Shown: in pieces, positions 7,238 to 19,680 of the stretch
Layout of the letters: each line of letters begins with the position of its first letter
Numbering within the stretch: the first letter of the stretch is position 1
Source: Vicinamibacterales bacterium
Lineage (GTDB): Bacteria; Acidobacteriota; Vicinamibacteria; Vicinamibacterales; CAVVIG01
Direction: 5' to 3'
NCBI GenBank assembly: GCA_035534615.1
Contig: DATLRO010000004.1
Span: 10,646 to 74,645 of the forward strand
Length of the DNA: 64,000 bases
Program-made: the position numbers and the translations under genes
The notes under the pieces: model-generated
The model's database searches: none
The model's input: the letters and a program-made list of their open reading frames with translations, nothing else
Told to the model about the DNA's origin: nothing

Positions 7238-8521
7238 ATGAAGACCGAGTTCGTTGACGTCAATGCCACGCAGAAAACCCTCCGCGTCGAGATCCCGAGC
7301 GACGTGGTCGACGCGGAGATTGATCGGGTCGCGTACACCTTCAGTCGCCGCGCCCGGATTCCCGGCTTCCGGCCGGGGAAGGTGCCGGCCGGCCTGGTGA
7401 AGCAGCGGTTCCGGGAACAGATTCTGCATGAAGTGGCGCACGATCTGATTCCGCGGGCCGTCCAGGATGCCCTGCGGGAACGTGGCGTGGAGCCGGTCGA
7501 CACGCCGGACATCCGCGACGTACAGGTCGAAGAGGGCCGGCCGCTCACGTTCACGGCGGCGTTCGAGACGCTGCCAGCGCTCGACCCGGGCGATCTGGGG
7601 ACGCTGTCGCTTCGCCGGCCGCCGGCCGGCGTGACGGACGAAAGCGTCGATCAGGCGCTCGAGCAGCTGCGCCAGCGGTCGGCGCGGTACGAGGCGATCG
7701 AAGGTCGCCCGGCGGAGATGGACGACACGGTGGTCGTCGATCTCGATCGGCGGGTCGGGGGCGGGGGGGCGCCGGCGCCGGATCACCGCGAGAACGTCTC
7801 GGTGGAGCTGGGGGCGGCGGCGAATCCGCCCGGATTCGACGCGCAGGTGATCGGGCTGGCGGTCGGCGCGTCAAAGACGTTTCCGATCCGCTACCCGGCC
7901 GACCACGCCATCAAGGATCTGGCCGGCCGCGAGGTGACCTACACGGTGAAGGTGACCGGCCTCAAGCGGCGGGTGGTGCCGGCGCTGGACGACGAGTTCG
8001 CGAAGGATCTGGGGGACTTCGAGACGCTCGACGCGTTGCGCGCGCGGGTGCGCGAGGATCTGCAGCGCGAGGCAGACGCGTCGGCCGATCGGGAGCTGCG
8101 GGCGGATCTGCTGAAGCAGCTGGCGGGGCGGCTCGGGTTCGACGTGCCGGCGGCGCTGGTCGATCGGGAGGTCGAGCGGCGGACCGAGGAATTCGCGCGG
8201 CGGCTGCTGGAGCAGGGGATCGATCCGCGGCGGGCGCAGATCGACTGGGAGGCGTTCCGCGGGGGGCAGCGCGAAGCGGCGCGCGAGACGGTGGGCGGGA
8301 CGCTGCTGCTGGACGAGATCGCGAAGCGCGAGGCGCTGATGGTGGCGGAGGCGGAGGTCGAGGCGGAGATCGGCCGGTATGCGGAGGCGACGGGCCGGAC
8401 GCCGGCGGCCACCCGGGCGGCGCTGGAGAAGGAAGGCGGGATCTCGCAGCTGCGTCTGGGGTTACAGCGGGAGAAGGCGGTTGACTTCGCGCTGGCGCGT
8501 GCTACAATCGTACGGGAGTGA
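7238..8521 (+). CDS. tig: trigger factor
   Basis: 427 aa. N-terminal ribosome-binding region with the GFRPGKVP motif (ARIPGFRPGKVPAGLVKQRF), at the conserved position upstream of clpP-clpX. Confidence 0.95.
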   Translation: MKTEFVDVNATQKTLRVEIPSDVVDAEIDRVAYTFSRRARIPGFRPGKVPAGLVKQRFREQILHEVAHDLIPRAVQDALRERGVEPVDTPDIRDVQVEEGRPLTFTAAFETLPALDPGDLGTLSLRRPPAGVTDESVDQALEQLRQRSARYEAIEGRPAEMDDTVVVDLDRRVGGGGAPAPDHRENVSVELGAAANPPGFDAQVIGLAVGASKTFPIRYPADHAIKDLAGREVTYTVKVTGLKRRVVPALDDEFAKDLGDFETLDALRARVREDLQREADASADRELRADLLKQLAGRLGFDVPAALVDREVERRTEEFARRLLEQGIDPRRAQIDWEAFRGGQREAARETVGGTLLLDEIAKREALMVAEAEVEAEIGRYAEATGRTPAATRAALEKEGGISQLRLGLQREKAVDFALARATIVRE

Positions 8522-8664
8522 TCGAGTCCCACCCCGTATTCTTCTCCTCGACCAATTCACTGCAGCGGCCGACGGGGCGCGACCGGCGGGTCGCGTCGGA
8601 CGATCGACGGCCATCACCTGTCCGCTCCCGGTGAGCGGCGAAGCAGAAAGCGGACGCGTCGACC

Positions 8665-9279
8665 ATGCGTTACGAGTCTCCGGAGCCCCGCAACCAGCTG
8701 ATCCCGATGGTGGTCGAGCAGACCAACCGGGGGGAGCGGGCCTACGATATTTTCTCGCGCCTGCTGAAGGACAGCATCATCTTCATCGGGACGCCGATCG
8801 ACGACACGATCGCGAACCTGGTGATCGCGCAGATGCTGTTTCTCGAGGCGGAGGATCCCGACAAGGACATCACGCTGTACATCAACAGCCCGGGCGGATC
8901 GATCACGGCGGGGTTCGCGATCTACGACACGATGCAGTTCATCCGGCCGGACGTGCAGACGTACTGCATCGGGCAGGCGGCGTCGATCGCGGCGGTGCTG
9001 CTGGCGGCGGGGACGAAGGGCAAGCGGTACTCGCTGCCGAACTCGCGGATTCTGATCCATCAGCCCTGGATGTCGGGGCTGGGGGGGCAGGCGACGGACA
9101 TCGACATCGCGGCGCGTGAGATTCTGCGCATGCGCGAGCGGATCAACGAGATTCTGGTGCAGCACACCGGCCAGCCGGCCAAGCGGATCCAGGAGGACAC
9201 CGAGCGCGACTACATCATGTCGGCGGACCAGGGACGGGAATACGGTATTATTGATGATGTCATCCGGAAACGGGTCTAG
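8665..9279 (+). CDS. clpP: ATP-dependent Clp protease proteolytic subunit
   Basis: 204 aa. [43 protein letters not shown] (catalytic Ser context), ILIHQP (His). Confidence 0.95.
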   Translation: MRYESPEPRNQLIPMVVEQTNRGERAYDIFSRLLKDSIIFIGTPIDDTIANLVIAQMLFLEAEDPDKDITLYINSPGGSITAGFAIYDTMQFIRPDVQTYCIGQAASIAAVLLAAGTKGKRYSLPNSRILIHQPWMSGLGGQATDIDIAAREILRMRERINEILVQHTGQPAKRIQEDTERDYIMSADQGREYGIIDDVIRKRV

Positions 9280-9346
9280 AATGGCGCTGAGAATTCCCTG
9301 GGCGGCCCGGCGCGCCGGGTACGAGGGCTGAAAGTTCAGGTTCTCC

Positions 9347-10591
<1,245 letters not shown>

Positions 10592-10709
10592 CCGCCGGCC
10601 CCGTCCGGCGCCGCTGCGGCGGCCCAGGACGGCCGTCCCCGCCCCCGGCGGGGCGGCCGGCGCGACGTTCGCGCTGATCGGTTCACGACGACAAGCGTCA
10701 GGAGCCCCC

Positions 10710-13106
10710 GTGGAAGTTTACGAGACCCTGCCCATCGTACCGCTGCGCGACGTGGTCGTGTTTCCGCACATGATGATGCCGTTCGTCATCGGACGGCCGT
10801 CGTCCACGCGGGCGCTCGAGCACGCCCTGATGAAGGACAAGCGGATCTTCCTGGCCGCCCAGCACGACGCCTCGGTCGACGACCCGCGCCCCGAGGACAT
10901 CTACACGATGGGCTGCGTGGCGAACGTCGTCCAGAGCCTGAAGCTGCCGGACGGCAACATCAAGGTGCTCGTCGAAGGGGTGGACCGCGCGCGGGCCGTC
11001 GAGTGGAAGGAAGACAAGGGCTTCTACCGCGTCGTCGTCAAGGTGCTGCCGCGCCAGCGTGAGGCGTCGGCCGACGTCGAGAGCACCATGAGCCGCGTCG
11101 TCTCGCTGTTCGAGCAGTACGTGAAGCTGTCGAACAACCTGCATTACGACGCCATGGTCGCCGCCGTCCGCGTGGACGACCCCGGCAAGCTCGCCGACAC
11201 GATCGCGGCCCACCTGCTGGTGGGGGTGGACGAGAAGCAGAACCTGCTCGAGATCATCTCGCCCGTCGAGCGGCTCAACCGCATCGCCGGCATCCTCGAA
11301 ATCGAGGTGGACAAGCTCCAGGTCGACCGCCGCATCCAGTCGCGCGTGAAGAAGCAGATGGAGAAGGCGCAGAAGGAGTACTACCTCAACGAGAAGATGA
11401 AGGCGATCCAGAAGGAACTGGGCCGCAAGGACGACAAGGGCAGCGAGATCGACGAATTGCGCAAGAAGATCGACCAGTCGAAGATGCCGAAGGACGTGGA
11501 GGAGAAGGCCGTCCAGGAACTCAAGCGGCTCGAGTCCATGCCCCCGATGTCGGCCGAAGCCACCGTCTCGCGCAACTACCTGGACTGGCTGATCGCCGTC
11601 CCGTGGCAGAAGAAGTCGCGCGAGAGCCGCGACCTGAAGCACGCCCAGGAGGTCCTCAACGAGGACCACTACGGGCTCGAGAAGATCAAGGATCGCATCC
11701 TCGAGTTCCTCGCCGTCCGCGCGCTCGTTAAGAAGCCGAAGGCGACGATTCTCACCTTCTCCGGCCCTCCCGGGGTCGGCAAGACGTCGCTCGCCAAGTC
11801 GATCGCCCGCGCCATGAACCGGAAGTTCGTGCGGCTGTCGCTCGGCGGCGTGCGCGACGAAGCCGAGATCCGCGGGCACCGGCGGACCTACATCGGGGCG
11901 TTCCCCGGCCAGATCATCCAGATGATGAAGAAGGCCGGCACGATGAACCCGGTGTTCCTGCTGGACGAGGTCGACAAGATGTCGATGGACTTCCGCGGCG
12001 ACCCGTCGGCCGCCCTGCTCGAGGTCCTCGACCCGGAACAGAACCACACGTTCCTCGATCACTACCTCGACGTCGAGTACGACCTGTCGAACGTGATGTT
12101 CATCTGCACGGCGAACATCCTGCACACGATTCCGCAGGCGCTGCGCGACCGCATGGAAGTGCTGCAGCTCGCCGGCTACACCGAGCAGGAAAAGGTGGAG
12201 ATCGCCAAGCGGTTCCTCGTCCTCAAGGCGGTGGAGGGCGCGGGGCTGACCGCGGCGAACATCACGTTCACCGACGAGGCCCTCCAGACCATCATCCAGC
12301 GCTACACGCGCGAGGCCGGCGTCCGCAGCCTGGAACGGGAGATCTCGTCGATCTGCCGCAAGGTGGCCCGCAAGGTCGTCGTCGACGGCCGGGGCTTCCA
12401 GGAGGAGATCAGCGCGGAGAAGGTCACCCGGTACCTCGGGGTGCCGCGCTTCCGCCCGACGCTCGCCGAGGAGCAGAACGAGATCGGCATCGCCACCGGC
12501 CTGGCGTGGACCGAGGTGGGCGGCGAAATCCTCGTGACCGAGGCGACCCTGATGCCCGGCAAGGGCCACCTGACCCTCACCGGCAAGCTCGGGGACGTCA
12601 TGCAGGAATCGGCCCAGGCCGCCATGAGCTACGTCCGCTCGAAGGCGGAGGAATACGGCCTCCCGAAGGACTTCAACCGCCGGCACGACATGCACGTGCA
12701 CGTGCCGGAGGGGGCCATCCCCAAGGACGGCCCCTCGGCCGGCATCACGCTCGCCACGGCGCTCGTCTCGGCGCTCGCGCGGGTGCCGGTGCGCAAGGAT
12801 GTCGCCATGACGGGCGAGATCACCCTGCGCGGCAAGGTGCTGCCGATCGGCGGCGTGAAGGAGAAGGTGCTCGCGGCCCATCGGGCGGGCGTCAAGAACA
12901 TCGTCCTGCCGAAGGACAACGAGAAGGACCTCGCGGACATTCCCAAGAACGTGCTGGACGCCCTCAACATCTATCTCGTCCAGACCATGGACGAGGTCCT
13001 GAAGATCGCGCTGGCCGGACCGCTGGCCGGCCGGCTGGACACCGAGCGCGCCCCCGATGCCGTCGAGGTCGATTCCACGATCAGCGACGACGCGATCACG
13101 CACTGA
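10710..13106 (+). CDS. lon: Lon protease (LonA)
   Basis: 798 aa with a GTG start preceded by AGGAGC. Walker [10 protein letters not shown], catalytic-Ser context [19 protein letters not shown], and a Lon N-terminal domain. Confidence 0.95.
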   Translation: MEVYETLPIVPLRDVVVFPHMMMPFVIGRPSSTRALEHALMKDKRIFLAAQHDASVDDPRPEDIYTMGCVANVVQSLKLPDGNIKVLVEGVDRARAVEWKEDKGFYRVVVKVLPRQREASADVESTMSRVVSLFEQYVKLSNNLHYDAMVAAVRVDDPGKLADTIAAHLLVGVDEKQNLLEIISPVERLNRIAGILEIEVDKLQVDRRIQSRVKKQMEKAQKEYYLNEKMKAIQKELGRKDDKGSEIDELRKKIDQSKMPKDVEEKAVQELKRLESMPPMSAEATVSRNYLDWLIAVPWQKKSRESRDLKHAQEVLNEDHYGLEKIKDRILEFLAVRALVKKPKATILTFSGPPGVGKTSLAKSIARAMNRKFVRLSLGGVRDEAEIRGHRRTYIGAFPGQIIQMMKKAGTMNPVFLLDEVDKMSMDFRGDPSAALLEVLDPEQNHTFLDHYLDVEYDLSNVMFICTANILHTIPQALRDRMEVLQLAGYTEQEKVEIAKRFLVLKAVEGAGLTAANITFTDEALQTIIQRYTREAGVRSLEREISSICRKVARKVVVDGRGFQEEISAEKVTRYLGVPRFRPTLAEEQNEIGIATGLAWTEVGGEILVTEATLMPGKGHLTLTGKLGDVMQESAQAAMSYVRSKAEEYGLPKDFNRRHDMHVHVPEGAIPKDGPSAGITLATALVSALARVPVRKDVAMTGEITLRGKVLPIGGVKEKVLAAHRAGVKNIVLPKDNEKDLADIPKNVLDALNIYLVQTMDEVLKIALAGPLAGRLDTERAPDAVEVDSTISDDAITH

Positions 13107-13220
13107 CGGGATGCGGTCGGCTCGACGACATCAGGCCGTCACCATGCTCCGGCGGACGCCGGTCGGGCCGCTCCGCGACCCGGCACGCGGCGTCCTTCCT
13201 CAGGACCGTGCGGGCTGCGC

Positions 13221-13850
13221 GTGAAGATCGCGGCTGAATTCGTCACCAGCGCCGCCGGTCCCGAAGGCTTCCCGGTCGACGGTGCGCCCGAAATCGCCCT
13301 GGTCGGCCGCTCGAACGTCGGCAAGTCGAGCCTGATCAACGCCCTTGTCCGGCAGCGACTCGCGCGCACGAGCGCGGCGCCGGGGAAAACCCGCCTGGTG
13401 AACCTCTACCGGGTCCGATTCGGGTCCGCCCCGGCGTTCTACCTGGTGGATCTGCCGGGGTACGGGTACGCCCGCGGGGGGAGCGCCGCGGCGCGCGTGT
13501 TCGAGCGGCTGACGGCCGACTATTTCGCGCCGGCCGGCGCCCGGGAGCCGCGTCCGGCGGTGGCGGACACGCTCCTGCTGGTCGACGCCCGCCACCCGGG
13601 GCTGCCGGCCGACCGCGAGGCCTGCGCATGGCTCGCCGGTCTGGGCTATCCCGTTCGGGTCGTCGTCACGAAGCTGGACAAACTCTCGCGAGCGGAACGG
13701 GCGCGCACGATGCGCGCCGTCGAATCGGCGTTTGACGCGCCCGCCCAGCCGGTCTCGGCGGTGACGGGCGAAGGAATGGACGAACTGTGGAGACAGATCA
13801 TCAGACAAGTGAGCGCCAGAAGGCCACGGACGCCGCCGTCCCGGGCCTGA
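13221..13850 (+). CDS. engB: ribosome-biogenesis GTPase EngB/YihA/YsxC
   Basis: 209 aa with a GTG start. G1 motif [25 protein letters not shown] (G4). The position after lon matches the Bacillus lonA-ysxC arrangement. Confidence 0.85.
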   Translation: MKIAAEFVTSAAGPEGFPVDGAPEIALVGRSNVGKSSLINALVRQRLARTSAAPGKTRLVNLYRVRFGSAPAFYLVDLPGYGYARGGSAAARVFERLTADYFAPAGAREPRPAVADTLLLVDARHPGLPADREACAWLAGLGYPVRVVVTKLDKLSRAERARTMRAVESAFDAPAQPVSAVTGEGMDELWRQIIRQVSARRPRTPPSRA

Positions 13851-15106
13851 TCGAGCTGTCGACGCTCAAGGACATGAGCACGGCGGCGCTGACGCAGATC
13901 GCCAAACAGCTGGAGGTGCCCGGCGCGACCGGCATGCGCAAGCAGGAGCTCATCTTCGAGATCCTGAAGGCCCGCGCGGAGAAGAGCGGCCTCATCTTCT
14001 CGGAAGGCGTGCTGGAAACCCTGCCGGACGGCTTCGGCTTCCTCCGCGCGCCCGACTACAACTACCTGCCCGGTCCCGACGACGTCTACGTCTCGCCGTC
14101 CCAGATCCGCAAGTTCGACCTGCACACCGGCGACACCGTCTCGGGGCAGATCCGGCCGCCGAAAGACGGCGAGCGCTACTTCGCGCTGATCAAGGTCGAG
14201 GCGGTCAACTTCGAGCCGCCGGAGCGGGCCCGCGAGAAGGTCTTCTTCGAGAATCTCACGCCGCTCTACCCGCAGGAACGGCTGCAGCTCGAGACCGACG
14301 GAGAGAACCTCTCGGCCCGCGTGATGGATCTGATGACGCCGATCGGCAAGGGCCAGCGCGGCCTGATCGTCGCTCCGCCCCGGACCGGCAAGACGATGCT
14401 GCTGCAGAACCTGGCCAACAGCATCACGCGCAACCACCCCGAGGTGTACCTGATCGTCCTGCTGATCGACGAACGGCCGGAAGAAGTCACCGACATGCAG
14501 CGGTCGGTGCGCGGCGAGGTGATCTCGTCGACGTTCGACGAGCCGGCGCAGCGCCACGTGCAGGTCGCCGAGATGGTCATCGAGAAGGCGAAGCGGCTGG
14601 TCGAGCACCGCAAGGACGTCGTGATCCTCCTCGATTCGATCACGCGGCTCGCCCGGGCGTACAACACGATCGTGCCGCCGTCGGGCAAGGTGCTGTCGGG
14701 CGGCGTCGACAGCAACGCCCTGCAGCGGCCGAAGCGGTTCTTCGGCGCCGCGCGGAACATCGAGGAGGGCGGATCGCTCACCATCGTCGCCACGGCGCTC
14801 GTCGACACCGGATCACGGATGGATGAGGTCATCTTCGAGGAGTTCAAGGGGACCGGCAACCTCGAGATCCATCTCGACCGGAAGCTGGTCGACCGCCGCG
14901 TGTTCCCGGCCATCGACATCCAGAAGAGCGGCACCCGCAAGGAGGAGCTGCTCATCCCGAAGGAGGATCTGAACCGCGTGTGGATCCTGCGCAAGGTCCT
15001 CAATCCGCTGTCGCCGGTCGAAGCGATGGAGCTGCTGCTGTCGAAGATGGCCAAGGCCAAGACGAACGCCGAGTTTCTGGCCGGCATGAGCAACGGCAGG
15101 GGGTGA
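13787..15106 (+). CDS. rho: transcription termination factor Rho
   Basis: 439 aa. Rho_N ([23 protein letters not shown]), RNA-binding OB region (GFGFLR), Walker [31 protein letters not shown]. The GTG start at 13787 overlaps engB by 64 nt, so the start is uncertain. Confidence 0.9.
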   Translation: METDHQTSERQKATDAAVPGLIELSTLKDMSTAALTQIAKQLEVPGATGMRKQELIFEILKARAEKSGLIFSEGVLETLPDGFGFLRAPDYNYLPGPDDVYVSPSQIRKFDLHTGDTVSGQIRPPKDGERYFALIKVEAVNFEPPERAREKVFFENLTPLYPQERLQLETDGENLSARVMDLMTPIGKGQRGLIVAPPRTGKTMLLQNLANSITRNHPEVYLIVLLIDERPEEVTDMQRSVRGEVISSTFDEPAQRHVQVAEMVIEKAKRLVEHRKDVVILLDSITRLARAYNTIVPPSGKVLSGGVDSNALQRPKRFFGAARNIEEGGSLTIVATALVDTGSRMDEVIFEEFKGTGNLEIHLDRKLVDRRVFPAIDIQKSGTRKEELLIPKEDLNRVWILRKVLNPLSPVEAMELLLSKMAKAKTNAEFLAGMSNGRG

Positions 15107-16785
15107 TGGCCGGGGCGGCGGGCGCAGACACGCGCGCCACGCTTCGGTGGACCCTTCTGCTGCTGGGCGGCTGGCTGCTGGCCGCCGTGCTCGTCAATCC
15201 GATCGGCGACTTTCCGCTGGACGACGACTGGTCGTACGGGCTGACCGTCCGGACCCTGCTCACGTCTCACCGGCTCCACCTGACCGACTTCACGTCGATG
15301 CCGCTGCTGCCCCAGGTCCTCTGGGGCTGGCTGTTCTGCCTCCCGGCCGGCTTCTCGTTCACCGCGCTTCGCGTGTCGACGCTGGTCGCCGCCGCCGGAG
15401 GACTCTGGCTCGTCTTCCACCTCGGCCGCCAGCTCGGCCTGCGTCCCGGACCTGCGGCACTCCTCGCGGCCGTCGTCGGATTCAATCCGCTCTACTTCGC
15501 GCTCTCCTTCTCGTTCATGACGGACGTGCCGTTCACAGTGCTGGCCGTCGCCGCCATCGCCGCCTTCGTGACGGCCTGGACCCGCCATCGGCCCGGCTGG
15601 TTCTGGACGGGCGTCGCGCTGACGACCCTGGCGACCCTGCTCCGGCAGCTCGGGCTGGCCGTCGCGCTGGGCGCATCGCTGGCCGAGAGCGTCCGCCTGG
15701 GTAAGGTGCGGGCCAGGGCCTGGGCGCCACTGGCCGCGTCACTCGCGGCCCTGACGTTGTGGACAGTCGCCCTGCGGCTCTGGGTCGGCTTGCCGGCGTA
15801 CTATCGCGCGCCGGAGCAGCTCCTGCTCGATCAGGCGCGACTCGGTGTCTGGTCGACACTGAAACGGATCGCATTCACCGCCGGCGAGACCTTCGCCTAC
15901 GTGGGTCTGTTCACGCTGCCGATCCAGCGCCTGTTGCCCCCCGCGCGGCTGACGGCGCCCTCTCCGCGGGTCGCCACGATCGCCCGTGCAACGGCGATCG
16001 CCGCCGGGGTGGCTTCCGCGGCGACGCTGGTCCTGCGGAAGGCCGCGATGCCGCTCACCGGCAACATCCTCACCAACCTGACGCTGTACCCCGTCATGAT
16101 GCCGGGAGCCGATCATCTTCCGACCGCACCGCTCTGGGTGTGGCGCGTGCTCACGGCCGTCGCCGTCGTCGGCGGCGCCCTGCTGGTCGAGCGGCTCGTC
16201 GTCGGCCTTTCGTGGCTCGCCCCGCACCGGACCGACCTCCTCCGCCCGGATCCGGTGGTCGGCCTGTTCCTGTTCGGCTGCGGTGCCTGGTACCTGCTGC
16301 CGTTCCTGCCGATGCCGTCGCCCGGCTTCTACGATCGCTATTTCCTGCCCCTCATCGTCATCGCAGCGCTGTTGGCGGTCTGGACCGCATCCCGGGTTCC
16401 GCACGCGGCGTCACGATCCGGCGTGGCAGCCGCCGCGGCGGCCGTCGCCCTGTGCGTGCTCTTCGCCGTGCCGGCCATGCACGACACACTCGCCCTGAAT
16501 CGGGCGCGATGGCAGGCCGTGCACTGGGCCACGGCTGAGGACGGACTGCCGCCCCGCGCCGTCGACGGAGGCTTCGAAGTCAACGGCTGGTACTACTTCG
16601 CCAACGGCGCAAGACTCACCGCCCCGACGACAGCATGGCATCACCCCGCGCATCCGCAGGCGATCGTTGCCCTCAGTCCGCTCGCCGGCTACCGGGCGAT
16701 CCGCACGTTTTCGTTCCCTCGCTGGCTGCCCCCTGGCGCGGGCCGGGTCTATGTCCTGATGCGCGCGGCCACGCCGGCGTCGTGA
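15106..16785 (+). CDS. polytopic membrane protein, GT-C fold glycosyltransferase-like (ArnT/PMT family-like)
   Basis: Track ORF 14980-16785. Start preferred at ATG 15106, which shares one base with the rho TGA (TGATG). More than 10 hydrophobic spans, with the acidic loop [11 protein letters not shown] after TM1. The family call is tentative. Confidence 0.6.
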   Translation: MAGAAGADTRATLRWTLLLLGGWLLAAVLVNPIGDFPLDDDWSYGLTVRTLLTSHRLHLTDFTSMPLLPQVLWGWLFCLPAGFSFTALRVSTLVAAAGGLWLVFHLGRQLGLRPGPAALLAAVVGFNPLYFALSFSFMTDVPFTVLAVAAIAAFVTAWTRHRPGWFWTGVALTTLATLLRQLGLAVALGASLAESVRLGKVRARAWAPLAASLAALTLWTVALRLWVGLPAYYRAPEQLLLDQARLGVWSTLKRIAFTAGETFAYVGLFTLPIQRLLPPARLTAPSPRVATIARATAIAAGVASAATLVLRKAAMPLTGNILTNLTLYPVMMPGADHLPTAPLWVWRVLTAVAVVGGALLVERLVVGLSWLAPHRTDLLRPDPVVGLFLFGCGAWYLLPFLPMPSPGFYDRYFLPLIVIAALLAVWTASRVPHAASRSGVAAAAAAVALCVLFAVPAMHDTLALNRARWQAVHWATAEDGLPPRAVDGGFEVNGWYYFANGARLTAPTTAWHHPAHPQAIVALSPLAGYRAIRTFSFPRWLPPGAGRVYVLMRAATPAS

Positions 16786-16820
16786 GCCGTCTTCCACTGC
16801 CATTGGAAGAATCGAAGGCC

Positions 16821-16840
16821 GGCGCCGGCCGGCGCCTTTC
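16821..16840 (+). terminator. weak intrinsic-terminator candidate after the GT-C gene
   Basis: GGCGCC-GGCC-GGCGCC followed by TTTC. The stem is only 6 bp and the U-tract is short. Confidence 0.3.
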
Positions 16841-16858
16841 AGGTTGTATGATCGGGAC

Positions 16859-17824
16859 ATGCGCTATCGCGCGTTCGGCCGAACCGGCTGGGAGATCTCG
16901 GAGATCGGCTACGGCATGTGGGGCATGGGCGGATGGACGGGATCGGACGACGACGTGTCGCGCCGGTCGCTCGCCCTCGCCGTCGAATCGGGGTGCAACT
17001 TCTTCGACACCGCCTCCGCGTACGGTCTGGGACGCAGCGAACGGCTGCTCGGCGATCTGCTTCGCGCGTATCCCGATCGCCGTTTGTACGTCGCCACGAA
17101 GGTCGCGCCGAAGAACATGAAATGGCCGGCGAAGGCCGGGGACGCCCTGAACGAGGTCTTTCCGGCCGGCCACCTGCGCGCATCGACCGAAGCGAGCCTG
17201 AAGAACCTCGGCATCGACACACTGGACCTGCAGCAGCTGCACGTCTGGCACGACAACTGGGCGGGTGACGAGCGCTGGCAGCGGGAGGTCTCCGATCTCA
17301 AGCGCGAGGGGCTCATCCGCGCCTTCGGCATCAGCGTCAACCGCTGGGAACCGGCAAACGTGCTGCGGGCGCTCGAGACGGATCTCGTCGACTGCGTGCA
17401 GGTCGTCTACAACATCTTCGACCAGGCGCCGGAAGACGAGTTGTTTCCCGCCTGCCGCCGCCGGCACGTCGCGGTCATCGCGCGCGTGCCGTTCGACGAA
17501 GGCAGCCTGACCGGGCGCCTGACGCCCGATGCACGCTGGCCGGATGGCGACTGGCGGAACGTCTACTTCTCGACGCAGAACCTCGCCGAGACGCTGCCGC
17601 GCGTCGAACGGCTGAGCCACCTGGTGCCCGAGGGCATGGATCTGCCGGAGCTGGCGCTCCGCTTCATCCTGGCGAATCCGGACGTGACCACGACGATCCC
17701 CGGCATGCGGATGCCGGCGCACGTCGAGCGGAACCTGGCGGCGAGCGACGGGAGGCCGCTGCCGCCGCGCCTCCACGACGCCCTCGGCACCCATCGGTGG
17801 GACCGGACGGCGGTGATCGAATGA
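16859..17824 (+). CDS. aldo/keto reductase family oxidoreductase
   Basis: ORF 16844-17824, ATG at 16859 (MRYRAFGRTGWEISEIGYGMWGMGGW). FFDTASAYGLGRSERLLG. Typical AKR length. Confidence 0.85.
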   Translation: MRYRAFGRTGWEISEIGYGMWGMGGWTGSDDDVSRRSLALAVESGCNFFDTASAYGLGRSERLLGDLLRAYPDRRLYVATKVAPKNMKWPAKAGDALNEVFPAGHLRASTEASLKNLGIDTLDLQQLHVWHDNWAGDERWQREVSDLKREGLIRAFGISVNRWEPANVLRALETDLVDCVQVVYNIFDQAPEDELFPACRRRHVAVIARVPFDEGSLTGRLTPDARWPDGDWRNVYFSTQNLAETLPRVERLSHLVPEGMDLPELALRFILANPDVTTTIPGMRMPAHVERNLAASDGRPLPPRLHDALGTHRWDRTAVIE

Positions 17825-17943
17825 GGAGCCGCGGCGTGCGCCGCCCCCCGGCGGTGACCGCGCTGGCCGGAAGTTGCTGACTGGGTGAAACTTGGGAGAA
17901 CAAGGCCGGCCGGCCAGCCCATGAGGGGTGACCGGCGCGGCCG

Positions 17944-17952
17944 TGGTATACT
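17944..17952 (+). promoter_or_regulatory. extended -10 element TGGTATACT upstream of rpmE
   Basis: TGnTATACT at 17944-17952. SD AAGGAG at about 17973-17978. GTG start at 17985. Confidence 0.45.
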
Positions 17953-17984
17953 GGTCTTTTCGCTGAACCCGTAAGGAGCCGGCC

Positions 17985-18260
17985 GTGAAGGAAGGGATTC
18001 ATCCGAAGTACTACGAGGTCGACGCGCGCTGCGCGTGCGGGGCGACCTGGAAGGCCCGCTCGACCAAGCAGGAGCTGCACCTCGAAATCTGCTCGAACTG
18101 TCACCCGTTCTTCACCGGTCGGCAGAAGCTGATCGACACGGAGGGACGCGTCGAGCGGTTCACCAAGAAGTTCGGGGCGCAGACGGTCGAAAATGTGGTC
18201 GGCCGGAAGAAGGCGGCCCAGGCCAAGCGTTCGGCCAAGACGACCTCAGCCGAAGTCTGA
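17985..18260 (+). CDS. rpmE: 50S ribosomal protein L31 (zinc-ribbon type A)
   Basis: 91 aa. [16 protein letters not shown]...[10 protein letters not shown]. Confidence 0.9.
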   Translation: MKEGIHPKYYEVDARCACGATWKARSTKQELHLEICSNCHPFFTGRQKLIDTEGRVERFTKKFGAQTVENVVGRKKAAQAKRSAKTTSAEV

Positions 18261-18282
18261 GCGCCGGCGGTCGGCAGCGCGG

Positions 18283-18306
18283 AACGGCGGCCCTCCGGCC
18301 GCCGTT
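18283..18306. terminator. bidirectional terminator-like hairpin between convergent rpmE and the exonuclease gene
   Basis: Perfect 10-bp stem AACGGCGGCC-CTCC-GGCCGCCGTT, followed on the + strand by CGTGTGT. Confidence 0.55.
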
Positions 18307-18331
18307 CGTGTGTACGGCCCGGCGCCGCGGT

Positions 18332-19678
18332 TCACGGCAGCAGATTCCCCGCGGCGCCGTTCCTGCCGGATCCCCCCGCCAGCTTGCGTTCGACGCGCGC
18401 CAGCCGCCGGCGTGCGTCCTGCCGCGCCTGCGGCTCTGCCTGCCTGAGGCAGCGCTGCGCGTAGGCGTGCGCCGCGGCGAGATTCCGCGACCGGTGCTCG
18501 TGGTGGATGGCGAGCGCCTCGGCCGCCTCGCGCGCGACGGCCGGCGGACACGCGCCGTCTTCGATCAACGCCTCCCACAACGCCGCGGCGTCGGCATGGC
18601 GCCTGGCGCGCCGGCAGATCGCCGCGAGGTGCCGGCGCGCCTCGATCCGGACGCTCTGCGCCTCGGCGGAGCCGCCGGTCGGCCAGCCGGCGGCGGCGTC
18701 ATAGCAGGTCGCCGCCTCGTCGCGGCGGCCGACCCGCTCGTACAGCCGGCCGAGCGCCAGGCACTCGCGTCCGCTGCGGGCCGCGGCGACTCCTCCGTCG
18801 ACGAGGCGCAGCGCCCTGACGGTCAGGCCGGCCAGCGACAGCAGGTCGAGACGGTTGTGCTCGAACACCGGTTCGAGCGGCCCGGCCTGCCCCGTCCTCA
18901 CGTAATGGAAGTATCGCGCCGGCACCTCGCTGCCGGGGACGTCGCCGGTGCGGCGGACGCCGAGCACGGCCTGTTCCAGCGCGCCGAGGGTGCATCGCGG
19001 GGCGCCGTCCGCCTCCGCGTCGGCCGTCATCGCATCGTCGGCCGTCCCGGCGCGGGCGCTTCGCCACATGCGCCGCGCGGGGTGCAGCATGTCGAGATGC
19101 GGCAGGTCCCGGCCGGGCACGGCGAGCCGGTGGAACAGGAAGCGCGTTTCGATGACCGGCAGGTCGAAGGTCTTGCCGTTGAAGGTCACCAGCGTCCCGG
19201 CCTTCTCGAGCCGGTCGGCGACCGACCGCAGCAGGCCGGGCTCGGCGGCATAGCTGGTCAGGAAGAACTGCCGCGTGCGGAAGACGTCGCCGTCGAAGCA
19301 GCCGCAGCCGACGAGAAACGCGTGCGTTCCTGCGCCCCCGCTGAGGCCGGTGGTCTCGAGGTCGAAGAACAGGAGGGGCGCGCGGGCCGGCGGGGCCTCG
19401 CGCCCCGCGAGCAGGCCCAGGTGCCCGACCAGCGCGCCCGCCAGGCGCGCGCACTCGCCGATCCGGTCGTATCCGTGCCGGCCGCGGCCGGGGTACTCAC
19501 GCTCGACGACGACGCAGGTCGCGCCGCCCGCGTCGTGCAGCGCTCCGCCCAGCGCATCGGCCGTGGCGGCGGGATCGGGCGCCGAAGCCGACGGCGGCGG
19601 CGCCGGCAGGCCGGCCGGATGCGTGCCGTTCTGCCGCAGCACGTCCCGGATCCGGGAGCCGAGCCGGGAAGCGTCCAT
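18332..19678 (-). CDS. MrfB/YprB-like DEDD-type (RNase H-fold) exonuclease with C-terminal TPR-like repeats
   Basis: Last 449 codons of track ORF 18332-21712. ATG is the complement of 19676-19678 (MDASRLGSRIRDVL), 2 nt after the helicase stop. Exo motifs LLFFDLETTGL, TFNGKTFDLPVIE, FEHNRLDLLSL. The C-terminus is helical-repeat rich. Confidence 0.75.
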   Translation of the reverse strand: MDASRLGSRIRDVLRQNGTHPAGLPAPPPSASAPDPAATADALGGALHDAGGATCVVVEREYPGRGRHGYDRIGECARLAGALVGHLGLLAGREAPPARAPLLFFDLETTGLSGGAGTHAFLVGCGCFDGDVFRTRQFFLTSYAAEPGLLRSVADRLEKAGTLVTFNGKTFDLPVIETRFLFHRLAVPGRDLPHLDMLHPARRMWRSARAGTADDAMTADAEADGAPRCTLGALEQAVLGVRRTGDVPGSEVPARYFHYVRTGQAGPLEPVFEHNRLDLLSLAGLTVRALRLVDGGVAAARSGRECLALGRLYERVGRRDEAATCYDAAAGWPTGGSAEAQSVRIEARRHLAAICRRARRHADAAALWEALIEDGACPPAVAREAAEALAIHHEHRSRNLAAAHAYAQRCLRQAEPQARQDARRRLARVERKLAGGSGRNGAAGNLLP

Positions 19679-19680
19679 GT

